Of a stretch of 64,000 nucleotides of DNA, positions 61,764 through 64,000 are shown one piece after another; position 1 is the first letter of the stretch, and every line of letters starts with the position of its first letter. The translations under genes and the position numbers were made by a program. The stretch lies in contig JBELJS010000010.1 of assembly GCA_042090255.1 (NCBI GenBank), positions 8,491 to 72,490 on the forward strand, read 5' to 3'. This DNA comes from Alcanivorax sp. (GTDB lineage: Bacteria > Pseudomonadota > Gammaproteobacteria > Pseudomonadales > Alcanivoracaceae). Below the pieces are notes generated by a model. That model was not told the DNA's origin. It made no database searches and saw only the letters and a program-made list of their open reading frames with translations.

Positions 61764-64000
61764 ATGGCAAGATTTTTTATCGACAGACCGATTTTCGCCT
61801 GGGTGATCGCCATCGTCATGATGCTCGCCGGGGTGCTTTCGATCTACAACCTGCCGGTGGAGCAATACCCGACCGTGGCGCCGCCGGAGGTGACCATTCA
61901 GGCCACTTACCCGGGGGCGTCGGCGAAGGTGGTGGAAGACTCGGTCACCCAGGTGATCGAGCAGCAAATGAACGGCATCGACAACCTGCTGTACATCACC
62001 TCCACCAGTGATTCAGCGGGCAACGCCCAGATCGCGATTACGTTCGCGCCGGGTACCAACCCGGACATCGCCCAGGTACAGGTGCAGAACAAACTGCAGC
62101 TGGCGACACCGTTGCTGCCGCAGGAAGTGCAGCAACAGGGTGTGCAGGTGACCAAGTCCTCGGACTCGTTCCTGATGGTGATCGCGTTCAACTCCAAGGA
62201 CGGCTCCATGAGCCGCTCGGACCTGGCCGATTTCGTCGCCGCCAATGTGCAGGACCCGATGAGCCGGGTGCAGGGCGTGGGCCAGATTCAATTATTCGGC
62301 TCCCAGTACGCGATGCGCATCTGGCTCAACCCGGACGACCTGAACCAGTACAACCTGACCCCGGCGGACGTGATCGCCGCGGTGGAGGCGCAGAACAACC
62401 AGGTGGCCGGCGGCCAGCTGGGCGGTGCGCCGGCGGTTGAAGGCCAGCAACTGAACGCGTCGATCATCGCGCAGACGCGGCTGGAAGACCCGGACGAGTT
62501 CAAACAGATTCTGCTGCGTGTGAATGACGACGGCTCGCGGGTGTTGCTGGGCGACGTGGCACGGGTGGAACTGGGCTCGGAAAACTACCAGGTGCAGGGC
62601 CGCTTCAACGGCTCGCCGGCGGCGGGCCTGGGCATCAACCTGGCGACCGGGGCCAACGCCCTGGACACCGCCGAGGCGGTACGCGCCAAGCTCGAGGAGC
62701 TGCGCCCGCTGTTCCCGGACAACATCCAGGTGTCCTACCCCTACGACACCACCCCGTTCGTGGAAATCTCGATCATGGAGGTGGTGAAAACCCTGTTCGA
62801 AGGGATCGCCCTGGTGTTCCTGGTGATGTTCCTGTTCCTGCAAAATTTCCGCGCCACGCTGATTCCCACCATCGCGGTGCCGGTGGTGTTGCTGGGCACC
62901 TTCGCGATTCTGCTGGCGTTCGGCTTCACGGTGAACACGCTGACTATGTTCGGCATGGTGCTGGCGATCGGCCTGTTGGTGGACGACGCCATCGTGGTGG
63001 TGGAGAACGTGGAACGGGTGATGGTAGAGGACGGCCTCTCGCCCCGGGAGGCAACACGCAAATCCATGGGCCAGATCACCGGCGCGCTGGTGGGCATCGC
63101 CCTGGTGCTGTCCGCGGTGTTCATTCCGATGGCGTTCTTCCCCGGCTCCACCGGCGCCATCTATCGTCAGTTCTCAATCACCATCGTCTCCGCCATGGTG
63201 CTGTCGGTGCTGGTGGCGTTGATCCTGACGCCGGCGCTGTGCGCCACCATGCTCAAGCCGATCCACGCCGACCACCAGAAAACCAAAGGCTTCTTCGGCT
63301 GGTTCAACCGCAACTTCGACCGCGCCAGCCGCGGCTACCAGGGCCGGGTGGAGAAGATTCTCGGCCGCCGGGGCCGCTACCTGTTGATCTACGTGGCGAT
63401 TGTCGGCGTGCTGGCGTTCACCTTCATGCGCCTGCCCTCCGCGTTTCTACCCGAGGAAGACCAGGGCATCATGCTGACCCAGGTGCAGCTGCCGGTGGGC
63501 TCCACCCAGGGGCAGACCATCGAAGTGCTGAAGAAGATGGAGAACTACTTCCTCAACGAAGAACAGGGCGCGGTGGAATCGATCTTCACCGTGGCCGGCT
63601 TCAGCTTCGCCGGCCGCGGCCAGAACTCGGGCATCGCCTTCGTGCGCCTGAAGGACTGGTCGGAACGGGACCTCTCCGAGGACGGCGTGCAGCATGTGGT
63701 GCAGCGCGCCATGGGCTACTTCTCGACGATTCGCGAGGCGGTGATCTTCGCCCTTAACCCGCCGTCGATTCCGGCGCTGGGCACCTCCGACGGCTTCAAC
63801 TTCCAGCTGCAGGATCAGTCCGGGCTGGGCCACGAGGCGCTGTCCGAGGCCCGCGACCAGCTGCTGGCGGCCGCCAATCAGCACCCGGCGTTGACCGGCG
63901 TGCGCCATAACGGCCTGGCGGATACGCCCCAGTACAAGCTCAACGTGGACCGCGCGGAAGCCCAGGCGATGGGCATCTCGCTGTCGCAGATCAACAACAC
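61764..64000 (+). CDS. acrB: RND multidrug efflux permease (AcrB/MexB family), partial, continues past the right edge
   Basis: ATG at 61764 gives [41 protein letters not shown]. The frame is open to 64000, so it is absent from the ORF track. Confidence 0.9.
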   Translation, partial: MARFFIDRPIFAWVIAIVMMLAGVLSIYNLPVEQYPTVAPPEVTIQATYPGASAKVVEDSVTQVIEQQMNGIDNLLYITSTSDSAGNAQIAITFAPGTNPDIAQVQVQNKLQLATPLLPQEVQQQGVQVTKSSDSFLMVIAFNSKDGSMSRSDLADFVAANVQDPMSRVQGVGQIQLFGSQYAMRIWLNPDDLNQYNLTPADVIAAVEAQNNQVAGGQLGGAPAVEGQQLNASIIAQTRLEDPDEFKQILLRVNDDGSRVLLGDVARVELGSENYQVQGRFNGSPAAGLGINLATGANALDTAEAVRAKLEELRPLFPDNIQVSYPYDTTPFVEISIMEVVKTLFEGIALVFLVMFLFLQNFRATLIPTIAVPVVLLGTFAILLAFGFTVNTLTMFGMVLAIGLLVDDAIVVVENVERVMVEDGLSPREATRKSMGQITGALVGIALVLSAVFIPMAFFPGSTGAIYRQFSITIVSAMVLSVLVALILTPALCATMLKPIHADHQKTKGFFGWFNRNFDRASRGYQGRVEKILGRRGRYLLIYVAIVGVLAFTFMRLPSAFLPEEDQGIMLTQVQLPVGSTQGQTIEVLKKMENYFLNEEQGAVESIFTVAGFSFAGRGQNSGIAFVRLKDWSERDLSEDGVQHVVQRAMGYFSTIREAVIFALNPPSIPALGTSDGFNFQLQDQSGLGHEALSEARDQLLAAANQHPALTGVRHNGLADTPQYKLNVDRAEAQAMGISLSQINN

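Overview
GC-rich gammaproteobacterial chromosomal window. It resembles marine hydrocarbon degraders such as Alcanivorax or Marinobacter, but that taxon is only a guess. All calls come from reading the sequence and the ORF track. No searches were run, and repeat coordinates are good to a few nt.

(1) Positions 1-23308 are one surface-polysaccharide locus, entirely on the minus strand. It holds glycosyltransferases, wbpP/wbpO-like genes, rfaH with a perfect ops element, and wbpB. It also holds wzc-wzb-wza-wzi, wzx and two diverged paralogs of an unknown 430-aa protein. An extended-SDR gene is duplicated as a perfect ~1.06-kb direct repeat. A DegT aminotransferase is present along with a 5' remnant of a second copy. 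The locus ends with wbpE, wbpD and ugd. No wzy or initiating transferase is visible in the window.

(2) Positions 23.5-30 kb hold cysC plus an SLC13 permease, a DUF1330 gene, a secreted 7-repeat protein with a GlyGly-CTERM-like tail, yigZ, and a lipoprotein with an HExxH motif.

(3) Positions 30-60 kb form an acyl-CoA and redox catabolic neighbourhood. It contains a thiolase, five ACAD-family genes, a FadB-like enzyme, a Liv-type ABC transporter and an acyl-CoA ligase. It also contains quinone oxidoreductases and a phosphotransferase/SDR/ACAD trio.

(4) Positions 59.7-64 kb hold acrR plus acrAB-like RND efflux genes, with an operator almost identical to the E. coli AcrR site.

Intergenic space between 28 and 58 kb is saturated with a REP family organised as inverted doublets (REPINs). 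One RAYT transposase gene sits between two REP clusters. A second REP family occurs at two loci.

I found no defence system, prophage, CRISPR array, tRNA or rRNA. The candidates most worth follow-up are the duplicated SDR / aminotransferase / unknown-paralog modules in the polysaccharide locus, the modular REPIN architecture with compensatory hairpin variation, the locus-embedded rfaH-ops pair, and the Lva/ACAD10-11-like trio.
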